A DNA stretch of 64,000 nt from Octopus sinensis. Its lineage: Eukaryota. Numbering within the stretch: position 1 is the first letter of the stretch; each line of letters opens with the position of its first letter. The position numbers were made by a program, and so were the translations under genes. The stretch spans positions 43,276,001 to 43,340,000 of the forward strand of contig NC_043009.1 of assembly GCF_006345805.1 (NCBI RefSeq), read 5' to 3'. The notes under the pieces are model-generated. The model was not told the origin of the DNA. It worked only from the letters and a program-made list of their open reading frames with translations, and did not search any database. This document shows positions 26,269 to 40,791 of the stretch, piece after piece.

Positions 26269-27312
26269 AGAGGTGTTACCGTCATCATTATCATCATCCT
26301 TATCATCCTTTTTATTATTGTTGTCGTTGTTGTTGTTGTTGGTGGTGGTGGTAGTGGTGGTGGTGGTGGTGGTGGTAGGAGTAACTGTGGTAACAGAACT
26401 TTAAACCCTAAAAATAAGATTATTTTTACTGACTTCTCTCTTGACTCAGCTAGTATTTTCCTGCTACCATCATAATGAGCACATTTAGTATTGTTGTTGT
26501 TGCTGTTAGTGGTAGAGGTCGTAGCAGTAGAAATAGTACCTCTAAGTATTAGTAATATTGTTTATTTAGCTTGGTTTGGTATTTATCAATAAAGTTCTTT
26601 TCTCTGATTTTTCTTTCAATTTCACTTGGACTGTACAGTTTGTAGAATGGGAATATTATAAATATTCTTCGACTGCATGTTGCTAGATGGTTACACAAAG
26701 GTATCTCACGGACATGTGTGTGTGTATGGATGTATATGTGCATACATATACAAACATGCACATATACATCCATACATGCACACACACACACACACGGGAA
26801 TACAGCAGCAATTACAAGTGATATGACAAGTTCTATAAACCCCCCAACATTGATTTAAAAACAATGAGGCTCAGCAATGAGATGTAAGGCAGAGATTATT
26901 TGCGGAAACAATAGAGAAAGATTAATGCTGTATAACTAACCAATATTGGTAGAGCAGAGAGGTGGGGAGAGAAAGGGAGTGATAGAAACAGACTGACAGA
27001 ATGATAGATAAACAGAGCGAGAGAGATAAAGAGAGAGAGAGAGAGATGGTGTATGGAAAGCAAGTCCTTTCCTCCGACTAACAACAACAGCAGATAATGA
27101 TAACAACGAAAGCAACTCTAATAACAGTGACGTTGACAGCAGCACCAACAGTAACAGCAAGAACAACAAAGACAACAACAGAGGCGGGTCATTTGTACAT
27201 GGATATTGTTAGATAATGGGTCCTTCACGAGCTAATCACTATTGTTCTCAACGTTTCTGAATAAATATGGCAAGAGGTAAGACAGAAGAGAAATTGAAAA
27301 GTATGTGCATTT

Positions 27313-27345
<33 letters not shown>

Positions 27346-27388
27346 GTGGGCTGACAACTATATGTATGTATGAATACACACATATACA

Positions 27389-27422
<34 letters not shown>

Positions 27423-27423
<1 letters not shown>

Positions 27424-29933
27424 TGCCAATGTTCTGCGCCGTGAGGACCAAAGACTGGAGGTGTTTCGTGTTGCAAGACAGTGTGTGAGAGAGAATCGTG
27501 ATGTGGTAGGAGAGAAGTGTGTTCGCATGGAAGATGGTTCACTTGCGCTAAATGAGGATGCAAAGAGAGAGGTTTGGAGATGCCACTATGAAAGGTTGCT
27601 GAATGAAGAAAATGAATGGGATAAAGAGAGTCTGCCGAATGTTGACCCAACAGAGGGACCAGCTATCCGAGTTGATAGTTCCGTGGTAGCTAAGGCAATT
27701 AGAAGCATGAAGACAGGGAAAGCCCCAGGCCCATCAGGAATCACTGCAGAGATGCTCAAAATGTCTGGTAGTGTCGGCTATAGCCTAGTCACCCGTATAG
27801 TTAATCAGGTGATACACAAAGGGGTCATACCCAATGACTGGTGTAGCAGTATATAGTCAACTGCTACAAAGGTAAAGGTGATGCCCTAGATACAAATAAC
27901 TACAGAGGTATCAAGCTGTTGGACCAGGTGATGAAGGTTACGGAGAGGGTCATAGCCCAACTAATTAGAGAGAGAGTTAGTTTAGATGAGATGCAGTTTG
28001 GGTTTGTGCCAGGGAAAAGTACTACTGATGCTATATTCCTGGTAAGGCAGCTGCAGGAGAAATACCTAGCCAAAGATAAGCCCTGTACCTGGCTTTTTGT
28101 TGACATGGAGAAAGCCTTCGACAGGGTCCCCCGATCCCTTATCTGGTGGCAATGAGGAAACTAGGGATAGATGAATGGTTAGTGAGAGCTGTGCGGGCCA
28201 TGTACAGGGACGCCGCTAGTAGGGTGAGGGTTGGAAATGTGTACAGTGAAGATTCCGGGTAGAGGTAGGAGTCCACCAAGGCTCGTACTCAGCCCCCTCC
28301 TATTTATCATAGTCCTCCAGGCAATAACGGAGGAATTCAAGACAGGATGCCCTTGGGAGCTCCTCTATGCTGATGACCTTGCTCTAATTGCTGAGTCGCT
28401 ATCAGAACTGGAGGAGAAGTTTCAGGTGTGGAAACAAGGATTAGAATCGAAGGGCCTCAGAGTCAATCTAGCTAAAACCAAAGTCGTAATCAGTAGGAAG
28501 GTAGACAAATCACAAACACCTTCAGGTAGATGGCCCTGCTCGATCTGTAGAAAAGGGTGTAGGTAGAAACTCTATAAGATGCACCAAGTGTAAGCTATGG
28601 ACACATAAGAGATGCAGCAATGTCAAAGGAAGGCTAACTAGGAAGATGGTTTTTTATGTGGTAGATCTCAGGAACAATAAACACTGAAAATGCTCTGAGA
28701 CCAACTTCCGTCACTTTCCAGGGAGAAAACTAGAAATAGTTGATAGTTTCCGTTACCTAGGTGACCAAGTCAGCAGCGGGGGCGGGTTGTGCTGAAAGTG
28801 TAACTGCTAGAGTAAAATAGCTTGGGCAAAGTTCAGAGAGAGCTTTACCTCTACTGGTGACAAAAGGCCTCTCGCACAGAGTGAAAGGCAGACTGTATGA
28901 TGCGTGTGTACGAACAGCCATGCTACATGCAGTGAAACATGGGCCGTGACTGCTGAGGATATGCGTAAGCTCGCTAGAAATGAAGCCAGTATGCTCCGAT
29001 GGATGTGTAATGCCGGTACTCACACTCGGCAGAGTGTAAGTACCTTGAGAGAAAAGCTGGACCTAAGAAGCATCAGTTGTGGTGTGCAAGAGAGACGTTT
29101 GCGCTGGTATGGTCATGTGGCGAGAATGGATGAAGATAGTTGTGTGAAAAAGTGCCACACCCTAGCGGTTGAGGGAACCTGTGGAAGAGGCAGACCCAGG
29201 AAAACCTGGACGAGGTGGTGAAGCACGACCTTCGAACTTTAGGTCTCACTGAGGAAATGACTAGAGACCGAGACCTCTGGAAGTGTGCTGTGCGCGAGAA
29301 GACCCGGCAGGACAAGTGAGTCCATAACCCGTGGCCTTCTACATGGGATGGAGCCAGCCTACGTATGCATACCTTCCCTTCTTGGCACAAAACTCTACTT
29401 GTGAAGACGTGATGAGGCAAGTGAGGATCAGAATCGAAATCGATCAATGGAAATTGCGGATGTGCTACCAGTGCCGGTGGCATGTCAAAACTCTGCTTGT
29501 GAAGACCCGTTGAGGCAAGTGCGACATCAGAATCGAAATCGATCAATGGAAATCGATCAATGGAAATTGCAGATGTGTTACCAGTGCCGGTGGCATGTAA
29601 GAGAACTTTCCGTTTCGCGACCGTTGCCAGCACCGCCCCGTTTCGTGTCCGTTGCCAGCCTCGCCTGGCCCTCGTGCCGGTGGCACATAAAAAGCACCAT
29701 CCGTTCGTGGCCGTTTGCCAGCTCTGTCTGGCACCAGTGCGGGTGGCACGTAAAAAGTACCTACTACACTCACGGAGTGGTTGGCATTAGGAAGGGCATC
29801 CAGCCGTAGAAACACTGTCAGATTTGACTGGGCCTGATGAAGCCTTCTGGCTTCACAGACCCCAGTAGAACCGTCCAACCCATGCTAGCATGGAAAACGG
29901 ACGCTAAACGATGATGATGATGATGATGATGAT
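27423..29933 (+). mobile_element. 5'-truncated RTE-clade LINE with repetitive 3'UTR and (GAT)n tail
   Basis: GKAPGPSGI, QFGFVPGKSTTDAIF, FVDMEKAFDRVPR, LLYADDL, RLRWYGHVARM, GRGRPRKTW; several frameshifts. Confidence 0.93.
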
Positions 29934-30270
29934 ATACGGTATGGACGATTTTTTGGAGTCTAATAATACCCTGTACGCCTATTTGATTATGAGGATTTAC
30001 AAACATACTTTCCCAGTGATACTCGGTTTACCGACCATTATAAACAATACCAAATGTATTTTCTCAAACCTTTCATAATGTGATACAAGTCTTTGGTGTA
30101 GCAATTGCATGCGGCTGAAGAGGGCTTTTGAACTATCTGTTATGTCGATTATGCATTGATGTAAGAATAAGTTGTTCTATAAAGCTCGAAACATATGTAC
30201 CGCGACATCCTTTGTGTCCTGTTTTTCATTTTATTTCATTTGATGCATATATATATATATATATATATGT

Positions 30271-30304
30271 GTAGATAGATAGATAGACAGATAGATAGAC
30301 AGAC

Positions 30305-30371
<67 letters not shown>

Positions 30372-30390
30372 CAGACAGATAGATAGATAT
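30271..30390 (-). repeat. (ATCT)n microsatellite, 3' flank of Tx1-like copy 2
   Basis: Reads (ATAG)n on the plus strand. Confidence 0.95.
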
Positions 30391-33300
30391 GTTTCTTTAT
30401 TAGCCACACAGGGCTGCACACAGATAGAACAAATTACAAGGTAGAGCTTTTCTTTTGAAGGTATAAAAAAAAAAAAAAAAAAAAAAAGGAAGGGGGAGGT
30501 TCGATCAAAAGGGATCGTAAAAGGAGAGAAAGAGGACAAAAATAAGGGGGTTAAAAAAAAAAAAAAAAAAAAAAGGGGGGGGGAGAGGAAAAAAAATGAT
30601 CAATAGGGATCGTTATCACAGAAATGTCATATGAAGTGTAAAGGGGAGGACAGGTGAGGTTTACCCATGGAAAGAAAAGCCTGCGGAAAAGACCACGGTA
30701 ACCTCGGTCAATGAAGTCACATTTTATATTTCTTTTTTTTTTTTTTTTTTTTTTTGCAAATAAGCAACTCTCTGTTTTCGATTTCTGGGTTCATAGGACT
30801 ATGCTCAAGGTGGCTTCGTCATTCATACGTGCCATTCTTGCTACATTCACCCATTTTTTTTAAAACATTCGCTAGACAAAACTTGCCTCTCTACTCTCAC
30901 TTTCCTTTTCAAGTGGTACTTGAAGAAGTTGATGAGAGATTGACCAGAGAGGAAAGTGTTTGTCTCCAATCCTTTCAGACGCGTCCACCAGATACATTCT
31001 TTCGCCATAGCCACAAGGATGATGAAAATAGCTCTTCCTTCCCGTTTGAAGGAAGGAGGCGTGACAATATTGACGATAGACTCAGCTGATAAACCGACTC
31101 GTCCCACACGTGACAGCAGTTGTTCGACATAAGCCACAGGTCGGAAATTGTTGGACACTGAACGAGTGCGTGCAGAACGGTTTCGTCGCTCTGACCGCAT
31201 CTCGGGCAGGTCGGCCCCGTGTTTCTCGAGCCGTGTCTGTAGAGCTTATCCCGAACGGGTAGCGCTCTCGGTAGCACTGCCAGGCCAGGGATCTCTGGAA
31301 GTTGTCCATGGGCCCTGGCCCGAAAGTCGTCCACAACAGGCGGGTCAGGTACTCCTCGTCGACGTCCAGGTTCGCCCCGAGCTCGTCGTCGTACCTCCCC
31401 TCCACTAAACCCCTATAAATGCTTTGGTTGTGTTGAAGTCACTTAAGGTCGACCCAGGACGGCAGAGTTGCTTGAGAGCAACGCGACACTCGCGGTGCCA
31501 TTCGCCCTTCCTCGGCCTCTTTTTGATCCACGACTGCAGTTCGGTCATGGAGACGAGCTGCGGGAAAGCGTGCCTCACAAACGGCGACCACCTGTTCACC
31601 GTCGTCTACATAGAGCCAGAGATGTCGCAGTCTCAGCGCGTGTCTGCGCATCATCAACCACGGCATGCCCAGCCCTCCTTTTAACGGGTGTTGACAGCAA
31701 ATGGATCGCCTGACCATCGGGACGCATCCTTTCCACAAGAAGCGAAAGAGGATGCGTTGTAGTTTGGTGATGGTAGGGTCGGGACAAGGTACGACGGTCA
31801 GGCGGTAGTAGATGACGGACGCGATGTACGTGTTCGCCACCTCCGCTCGACCTTTTAGGGACAGTTTCCTCTCGGCCCATTGCCGGCGAGAGTGACCACC
31901 CTACTCGTTATCTCGTTCCAGTTCTTCTCCACTTGGAGGTCCGGACCAAACCAGACCCCGAGCAACTCAACCGGGCCGTCGGTCCAGCGTCCCACCCACG
32001 ACGGAGGCGCTGGTGGACGGCATGGGCTTGCTTCTCCAGGTGCCTAGTCGCAAGCCCACTGACTTTTCCCGTTGATTTTCGCTCCTGTCACCGCTTCGTA
32101 GTTTTTCAGTGTCTCGCCGACCAGCTCGATGTGCTCGTGGCTAGACACTATGACGGTGACGTCGTCCGCGTATGCAGACACGCTCGTCCCGCATCCCAAT
32201 TCTCGCGGGATGCCCCTTAGAGTCACCAGCTTCCGCCGCAGTAGTGGCTCAAGAGTCAATACGTATAGAAGCGCCGAGAGGGGGCATCCCTGACGGACCG
32301 AACGTGCAATGTCGAAAGGTCTCGATAGATGTCCATTTACGCGAATTACCGAAGGATGCCTCTGTACAAGGCAGCTATCCAGCCGCGGAAGACGGGACCG
32401 AAACCAGCCGCTCTCAGGACTGCCTCCAAGTATCGATGGTCTACCCTATCAAAGGCTTTTGATTGATCCAAGTTGATCAGGCCCCACCCATGCCAGGTTC
32501 GTTAACTACCCTGTCTATGATGTAGCGCATCAGATGGAGGTTGTCATGGATGGTCCGGCCTGGCACGGCGCATGTTTGCGCCTTGTCGACCAGTTTCTCG
32601 ATGACAAGCGCCAACCTCTTGGCTAGCACCTTGGCCAAAATTTTCAAGTCTGCATTAAGCAGAGTGATGGGCCTAAAGTTATCTATTACATTTCCCTGTT
32701 TAGATCTTTCTTCAGCAGTGTTACGGCTCCTCGGCTCACAAAACCAGGAATGCTCCCGTTTTGCTGCCAGTTGCAGTACACCGCCGCCAAGAGATCTCCA
32801 AACAAGTCTGGCATACAATTGTAAAGCTCGTAGGGTAGACCATCCAAACCCGGTGATTTGTCCCTCGAGCATTCTGCCATCGCTTCCCGCACTTCCGCCG
32901 CCGCCGTGATGGCACCTTCGCAGCACCCTGCCTTTCTTGTCGAGAGTCGTGGTAGGCTATGTAGGTAGGCACTGAAGTCCACCCTACGTTCTTGCCCTCC
33001 ACTCGTTCCGAACAGTCGGGCAAAATGCTGCTGAAAGGCCTCACACATTTTACTTGGCTCGAGCAATTCGCGCCCCTGTTCATCTACCAGTGACCGAATG
33101 GTGGCTTTGTTGCCCTGTTGCGCCTCTGCCACCCGGGCCTCTCTCGCGGCTCCAACACCTTCGTTCCTTAGAGCACGCATCCTAGCTCTGACAGCACATC
33201 CTTCGTGTTTGGCGTTGAAGTGTTGGTCGAGGGCCAACCTCGCCGCCAAAACGTCGGATGCGATGCCGCTTCTAATTGCCTCTTCTAGCTTCTTAACTAG

Positions 33301-34766
33301 CTCACCCTCTACTCTATTTCTATCTATGGCTAGTGCTTTGCTGTACCTAATCGCTTCTGCTTTTACTGCTCTCTTGAGGGCAAACCACCATTTGTTGTTG
33401 ATCATGGCTCCCGTCAAAGCCCTCTTTACTAGTGTGCTAATCCGGTCTCTGAAAACTGTCTCGATGGGAAGACGCGTTTAGTTTCCAGTATCCGGGACCC
33501 TGCCTAAGTGTCTTACCTAAGTCTAGCGTACATGTCACAAGTTTGTGATCCGTGTAGCTGACTATGTGGAATTGTGGACATCCTATGCTATCTCTATCTA
33601 CTGTCCTACACAGTATCCTATCTAGATACGATCTTGACGACCCGATGCGGTTGCTCCATGTCCACGTTGGCGCATTCGGGTGGTCTAGTCGAACCTGTCA
33701 GACAGTTGAAAGCGTCTGAGCAGGTCTCTGAGGCATTTGCATCCCCGTCTATTCCTATCTCTACCCACGTAGTCTACATGCGTGTCCAAAGTAGCATTCC
33801 AATCCCCCACTAAGAGTAAAGGACGAGACGTTCCCAAGAAAACTTCTAGACGTTGAAAGAAATCCGCCCGACCTGTTAAGGGCGGTGCGTAAACTGATAC
33901 GAGCCGAAAAGCGCACCCATTGCTGCCGTCGACATCCAGGACGACCAGTCTACCCTCCGGGTCTACGAATATTGTCCTTACATTGAGATCCAGACTCTTG
34001 TGAAAAAGTACCGCGGTGCCACTACCGCCCATTCTCGGCAGACAGGGGGAAAAAATAATGTTGAACTGTCCGCCAAACATGGTCTTTAGGGCCCGCGGAT
34101 TGTGGAGTCTGGTCTCGCTTATGGCTATGATTTCTAACTTATGTGACTTTATGTCATTTAAGAGGTACCCTTGTTTCCAAGGGGACCCCAAGCCACGCGC
34201 ATTTACACAACACCAATCTTGATCATAGTTCTAATGAATTAGAATACAGAGGGGTACTTACTGCTCGAAAGTTTTTGCTTTCTCCTCCGTTGGTTTGTCC
34301 TCGAGAAGATCCCAGTACAGTTTCTTTGTGAGATATTTTTGGCATTTACCAACTGCACTGGGGAAAATGCCTTTGAGTGTGTGGTGCAGACTTTTGGAGA
34401 TGTGTATTATTTTGATGTGGTCTGGTGGTGTTGTGTATGGGTGGTTGTTTGTTTTTATGTCATCTTCTGTTATGTTTGTTTTGATTGGATGTATTCCATC
34501 AAATTTGTGTTTTTGGTGTCTATGGCTGTGAGCATGTTTGCTGTATATGTTTTTGTGGTGTTGGTGTGGCTGTTGTTTGCGTTGGGTTTTGAAATGTCTT
34601 CGGGAGATGTATTTCCCCCTGCTTTGTTCGTGTTTGCATTTGGTTTGGTTGTGTTTCTGCTCTTTATTTTCCTTCTTTTTGTAGCTATTTGCCATTCCTC
34701 ACTGGTTTCGTCTTCCGACGAAATTTCTGAGGAATCAGAAGGGGGTAGGGGTATGTTGTGGGCTTC
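30391..34766 (-). mobile_element. Tx1/L1-clade LINE, copy 2 (ORF1 C-terminal part + whole ORF2 + 3'UTR)
   Basis: APE endonuclease (IIAISETRL, VSVYAP, LLVGDWNA, DHKLV), SPGLDGLP, RT YADD, CPRCG knuckle; same 3' end as copy 1. Confidence 0.94.
30791..34226 (-). pseudogene. Frameshifted ORF2 (APE + RT + CCHC) of Tx1-like copy 2
   Basis: ATG at 34226 (MIKIG...), inferred stop at 30791; fragmented over several minus-strand ORFs. Confidence 0.85.
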
Positions 34767-34805
<39 letters not shown>

Positions 34806-34810
34806 CAGAC

Positions 34811-34893
<83 letters not shown>

Positions 34894-34898
34894 CAGAC

Positions 34899-34967
<69 letters not shown>

Positions 34968-34968
34968 T
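34767..34968 (-). repeat. (ATCT)n microsatellite, 5' flank of Tx1-like copy 2
   Basis: Reads (ATAG)n on the plus strand. Confidence 0.95.
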
Positions 34969-35037
34969 ACATATATATGTATATGTATGCTTATACATAT
35001 ATACATATACATATACATGTATACATATATTTTTATG

Positions 35038-35135
35038 TACAAAGGAGTTTATGAAAAGTTTTAAGCCTTGAAGTCTTGTACTAAGTTTTGTTTGTTTTGT
35101 TTTTGAGGCTCAAGACTTTTCATACACCCTTTGTA
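35038..35135. mobile_element. About 98-bp mariner-type MITE
   Basis: Imperfect TIRs tacaaaggagtttatgaaaagttttaagcct / aggctcaagacttttcatacaccctttgta, TA at both ends. Confidence 0.65.
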
Positions 35136-35191
35136 TGTATATATATATTTGTGTGTGTATATATCTGTACAAATATATCTCCATATACATA

Positions 35192-35236
<45 letters not shown>

Positions 35237-35702
35237 CCACGCACAAACACACGCCCACATATATATATATTATACACACACACACACATATATATATCTT
35301 AAATACACATATATTAGCTACATGGCTATGTTTGAGTTTGCTCTTGCCTATTAAGGATGTTTCATATTTCCTTGTTAGTCCTTTATATTTTGTGTGAAAC
35401 AATACCATTCTTAAACCCATTATTCCAAGGACATCTCTATTCTCTTTTACCTCCTCGTTCTACTCAAACACGTGAAGCTGCAATTCCTTGTACTTGGATC
35501 ACACTGAGGAATATTTAAGCTTCCATAACTTCCTTCTCCTGATAGTTTTATATCTTTGAGTCCCTCAAACTGTTAATCTGATGTCACTGATTGCTATTCT
35601 AGGATAAGTGATATATTCTTCACTAGGGAAGAACTTTGTATTCACAACGAGGTATCTATTCCATTCTTGGAGAAAAATTAAATCTATTAGTTTACATTTT
35701 GT

Positions 35703-36013
35703 GGAGATATATGGCCTAGTGGTTAGAGCAGCGAACTCACGGTCGAGGGATCGCAGGTTCAAATCTCAGACTGGATGATGTGTGTGTTTATGAGCGAAAC
35801 ACCTAAGCCCTACGCGGCTCCAGCAGAAGGTAATGGCAAACTTCTGCTGACTCTTTCGCCACAATTTTCTCTCACTCTTTCCTCCTGCATCTTGCAGCTC
35901 ACCTGCGACGGACCAGCGTCCTATCCAGGTGAGGAACCTATACACCAAGGAAACCAGGAAACCGGCCCTTATGAGCCAGGCATGGCTTCAGAAGGAACAA
36001 ACAAAAACAAAAA
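35703..36013 (+). mobile_element. tRNA-derived SINE, family D
   Basis: Head tggcctagtggttagagc...ggttcaaatc; cctgcgacggaccagcgtcctatccagg resembles the V-SINE-type domain; (AAAC)-like tail. Confidence 0.65.
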
Positions 36014-36616
36014 CAGTTTGCATTTTCACTTGATGGATAGATCTTCAGGTGAGCATCCAGTTTCTTGAAGGTACTATTACAAAAAGTTAAGAGTTTTACC
36101 TCCAGGAGACTTAAATCCTTCTTTATTCCTTGTTCAAAATTTCATAGGTTTCTAGAAGAGTGAGTATATTCAGCAAATACCCCAAAGTTGTGATTCGCTG
36201 GAATATTTCCCAGATTATCAGCAAATCAGACCAGTCATGACTTCACCTGGAAAATATTGCCCATGTGATCAACTGGATCTGGCCAATCATAACATCACAT
36301 GGAATGAGGCTCCAGCTACTAATATCAAGTTTTGATGCCTTCCTTCTTGGGCTTCTCAGTTGGTATAAAATCAACACATGCGACCGCCAACCATCAGAGA
36401 GACTTGAGGTGTAGCAGAGACAATTGGCAGATGACATGACAAACAGACACAGGCAGTGATTGAACCCAGCTAATACCATCATAACAACAAACTATCCCCA
36501 GCAGCACAATGACTGGCAGTAACTTTTCTCTACTATTTCAGTTGCTATAACATCCAAATTCTCTCACAAGAAATAAAGATGTTCATAAAAACAACAGATT
36601 TCATCATTTTCTTCTG

Positions 36617-36769
36617 GCTGTGTGGTAAGAAGCTTGCTTCCCAACCACATTGTTCTGGGTTCAGTCCCACTGCATGGCACCTAGGGATTGTGCCTTCTGC
36701 TATAGCCCCAGGACAACCAAAGCTTTGTGAGTAGATTTGGTAGACAGAAACTGATAGAAGCTCATCCTT

Positions 36770-36807
<38 letters not shown>

Positions 36808-37005
36808 TCTTTGTATCTGTATTTGTCTACCACCACCGCTTGACAACTGATGTTGGTGTGTTTACGTCCCCATAACTTAGCAGTTCAGTATGATAGATCG
36901 ATAGAATAAGTACTACACTTAAAAAAAAGTACTGGGATCGATTCATTTGACTGAAAATTCTTCAAGGTGGTGCCCCAGTATGGCCACAGTCTAAACAAAT
37001 AAAAG
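36617..37005 (+). mobile_element. SINE family A
   Basis: Homologous to 2649-3048. Confidence 0.8.
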
Positions 37006-37107
37006 GTAAACAGTCAAAGGTACACAACTGTTGACCTCTGATGCTAGAAATAACAGTCAGCTTCCAACATCAGCAGCCATACACAACTCCTAGTAGTTAG
37101 CAATTCA

Positions 37108-37348
37108 ACTCATGTATCTATTTCTTTATTGCCCACAGGGACAGGGATAGCTAAACATAGAGGGGACGAACAAGGACAGACAAAGGGATTAAGTCGGTTA
37201 CATCGCCCTCAGTGTGTAACTGGTACTTATTTAATCGACCGCAAATGGATGAAAGTCAAAGTCGACCTCAGCGGAATTTGAACTCAGAACATAACGGTAG
37301 ATGAAATACCACTCAGCATTTTGCCCGGCAAGCTACCGTTTCTGCCAG
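37108..37348 (-). mobile_element. SINE family B, Tx1-type tail
   Basis: Reverse complement of the 18914-19147 family; tail ccctgtgggcaataaagaaata. Confidence 0.82.
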
Positions 37349-40001
37349 CTCACCACCTATATATATGTGTACATATACACACACACACACACACACATAT
37401 GTATGTGTTATTGTATGTATGCATTTTTGTATGTATGTATGCTTGTGTGCGTGTGTGTGTGTATCATATAAACAAACACATATATATATGCACATAAACA
37501 CATAATATGATATGGGGAAAATACCTTAGGGGAGTCATTTGTATACTAAATATAAACATAGTCTCATATATGTGATGCAGTGAGCTAAAAAAAAATTTAT
37601 TCAGACTGGATTTATCTCCCTTGCTTGTTGTTTTTAGATTTTAAACAGCCCTGGAGGGACTTTTCACCTAGTAATTGCCTGGATAATCTCATTTGATCAG
37701 AACTTTCCAACTCACTTTATTATATTTATATGGAACTCCACCACATTTGTATATAATACTCAGAATGTTCCCCCTGGGGTCTTTTGATTAAAGATTTTTT
37801 AATGGTTATTTTTCCTGTGGCTCAACATTCATTACCTCCTCCCCCCCACCACCACCACCCTCCCCACAACAGTTTTTGTTAGTAATTTGTGAAATCCAAA
37901 TGTAGTGAGGTGTATTGAATAAAATAGAATTTGTTTGTATAAGCATATTGCTGCTGATGACTAAGGAACATTGAGTGTGTTGTGATAAGGGTTGAGGTTT
38001 TCTTGTAGGCACCAGCATGGCTGTGTGGTAAGAAGCTTGATTTCCAACCACATGGTTCTGAGTTCAGTCCCACACCATGGCACCTTGGGGTGCCTTCTAC
38101 TGTAGCCTTGGGCTGACCAAAACCTTGTGAGTGGATTTGGTAGATGGAAACGGAAAAAAGACCTCCTCCTCCTTAATTCCTTGTCCCTTTTTTTCTCTCT
38201 CTTCTCCCCCTCCTTGATTCCACTGTCCCTCTTTTCCTCTCTCTTCTCTTCACACGTGACTGACTGACCAACTGCTGGCCTTCTGAGTCCAGCCAACTGC
38301 TGGCCTTTTGAGTCCAGCAGCCGTTGTGGTAACACCAACATTTTTTTTCTCTGCCCCAAGGCACATTCCTAACACGCCAGCTAAGCTTAATTCGTCCTAG
38401 TCGAAAGACGCCTATTCATGATGTCCTGTTATTGTTATTAATATTATTATTATTGTTTTCACGTATTATTATTATTATTGTTTTTACGTATTATTTTTGT
38501 ATTCATATTCGTGTAACAACGTCCGTTTTTCTGTCCTTGTTTTGTATACATTTGAAGCTTTCTTCCAAGTAATCTAATGTGGTGGTGGTGGTGGTGATGG
38601 TGGTGGTAGTGGTGGTGGTGGTGTTGGCGGCGGCGATGATGATTATGATGATGATGATGACGATGATGACAATGTTGTTGTTTGCCACTATGTCAAACCT
38701 CAATTGCTCAGATTCCACCCTTACCCCAGTGTAACATCAAGACCATCACAGCTGGAGGAGAAGGAGGAGGAAAAACTCCATCAGCAATCAGATGGTACCC
38801 AACTACTGCTAAATAGACTGGGGCAGTGTGAAATTTAATGTCTTGCCCAAGGTCTCTAAAGGCAAGTGAGCAGAAGCGAGAGGGAGTGACATCGCGAAGG
38901 GACCAGAGGGGGGACAACATGACGTCACATCTACATGCAAAAGGTTGAAGATGGCCTCTTTCTTATGGGGTGGGGATTGGCAGTGAGGCAAGTCATGTGC
39001 TGTGACTGGTTGGGGTGTAGTTGTCTTTGTTGGCAAGGAATCGGCAGAGGTGATATGAGGTTACACCTGTGAGTTTTGGCTGGTCTACCCCTGATCCAAC
39101 ATTTGGAGTGATTGGTGCTGATTGCAACTCAAGGTAAGAGCAACTGCATTTTATGTCTTGCAACAACAGACACATAAACATTCACTGATCTGTCTGAGAA
39201 TTGAACCAGTGACCTCCTGACCACGAGGCCCAACACTATAACCACTAGACTACAGGCCTTCATGAACAGCACATAATTCTCCAAAAATTATTTTCATGTG
39301 TATTATTACACTCTCATGAATTCCGTGGGTCTCACCAATGGGAAATTATTTAAGGGTTACTTTTTCACAAATCTCTAACCAACACTTCTTTCATTACAAC
39401 TTCTAACTCTCGTATTTCAGAAATCTTTGTTCTCCGCTTCCAGCTCACTTAATTATTCACAGCCAGATATACTTCTAATCTACTATCAGAATCAATTATC
39501 AATATGTTCCCTCACCAATTTGATATTTAAGCTCCCAACTTTTTATATATATATATATATCCTACGGTTATAATGACTTTTGGTTTTCAGACATAAAATT
39601 TAAAACTTGTCAAAACAATTCCTTTCGTGTAACCGAATAGACTTGATTTGTTAACTGTCCCTTTTTATTATTTACTCCCTAAATTTAGGAAAGAAAAGCA
39701 AGTAATTCATGTGAATCGTTTTCTTTCTTTCATTCTCTTTTGTTTTATTTATTTGTCTATTTGTTAAAGGTTTATCGTTTAAGAAAATGATAATAATGGA
39801 TATAATGTAATGTCATGATATATCTTTAAGCTTGTAATTCCATATATTGTATTAGGACACTCTCTCCCCATTACTTTTTGACATACATTGCAAGACATGA
39901 GTTTTATATACATACATATATATACATATATATTATAAATATATATATATATACACATATGTATTTATGTATGTATGTATGTATGTATGTATGTATATGT
40001 G

Positions 40002-40040
<39 letters not shown>

Positions 40041-40791
40041 ATCTCTGTATATGGTGTATATGTATGCATGTATAATATATATATTTAAATATATATATAA
40101 ATATACATATATGTATGTATCTATGTATGTATGTATTTATGTATATAATGTATATAAATATATGTGTACAAATATATATATATATATTTATCTATCTATA
40201 TGTGTGTGTGTGTGTGTGTATGATATATAAATATAGAAAGAGAGGGGAGAGATTGAGACAGAGATGTATATACATATATATGTGTACAGTTGTATGCATG
40301 TGTGTGTGTGTGTGTGTGTAATTGAAGAGTTTCGGTATAAAAAGAGACGGTTGGAAGCATAAACTTACACGACTATAGTAACATGGATTTATTGAATCAG
40401 AAAATTGTTATGACTTCAGATCATTTAACTACCCAACGTAGTGTGACTAATTACGGCTAGTGTTAGCTTTTCCCCTCCTGGTTTAATAGGTTTGAAATGA
40501 TATCTCACTTTTCGGATAAAATAGTTTGTTTTGCAAGTGAAAGAATTATTTGAACCAACAAAGTTTTAGGGACATAACCGAAGATTTCATCTTCACGGGG
40601 TGTAGCTAAAACAGCACAGCTTGTTATGCACGGGTCTCTATTTCCATTCTACCATGTCATAATCTCTCTCTCTCTCTCTCTCTCACTCTCTCTCCCTCTC
40701 TCTCTCTCCCTCTCTCCCTCTCTCTCTCTCTCTCTCTCCATTTCACAGTGTCACAATCTGTCTCCTTACAAATCTCCTTGTCACTGTCTCT

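Noticed and set aside
29834-29856. CTGATGA-AGCC-ttct-GGCT in the RTE tail (also in the 45-48 kb copies), which looks like a hammerhead 5' half
   Set aside because: No GAAA follows stem II (tcac instead), and other copies read cctggtgcagcc, so it is a chance mutation.
36020-36290. Several strong-looking splice sites (CAG|gtgagc, cctccag|, AGA|gtgagt) and short frames
   Set aside because: No consistent exon chain or recognisable protein could be built.
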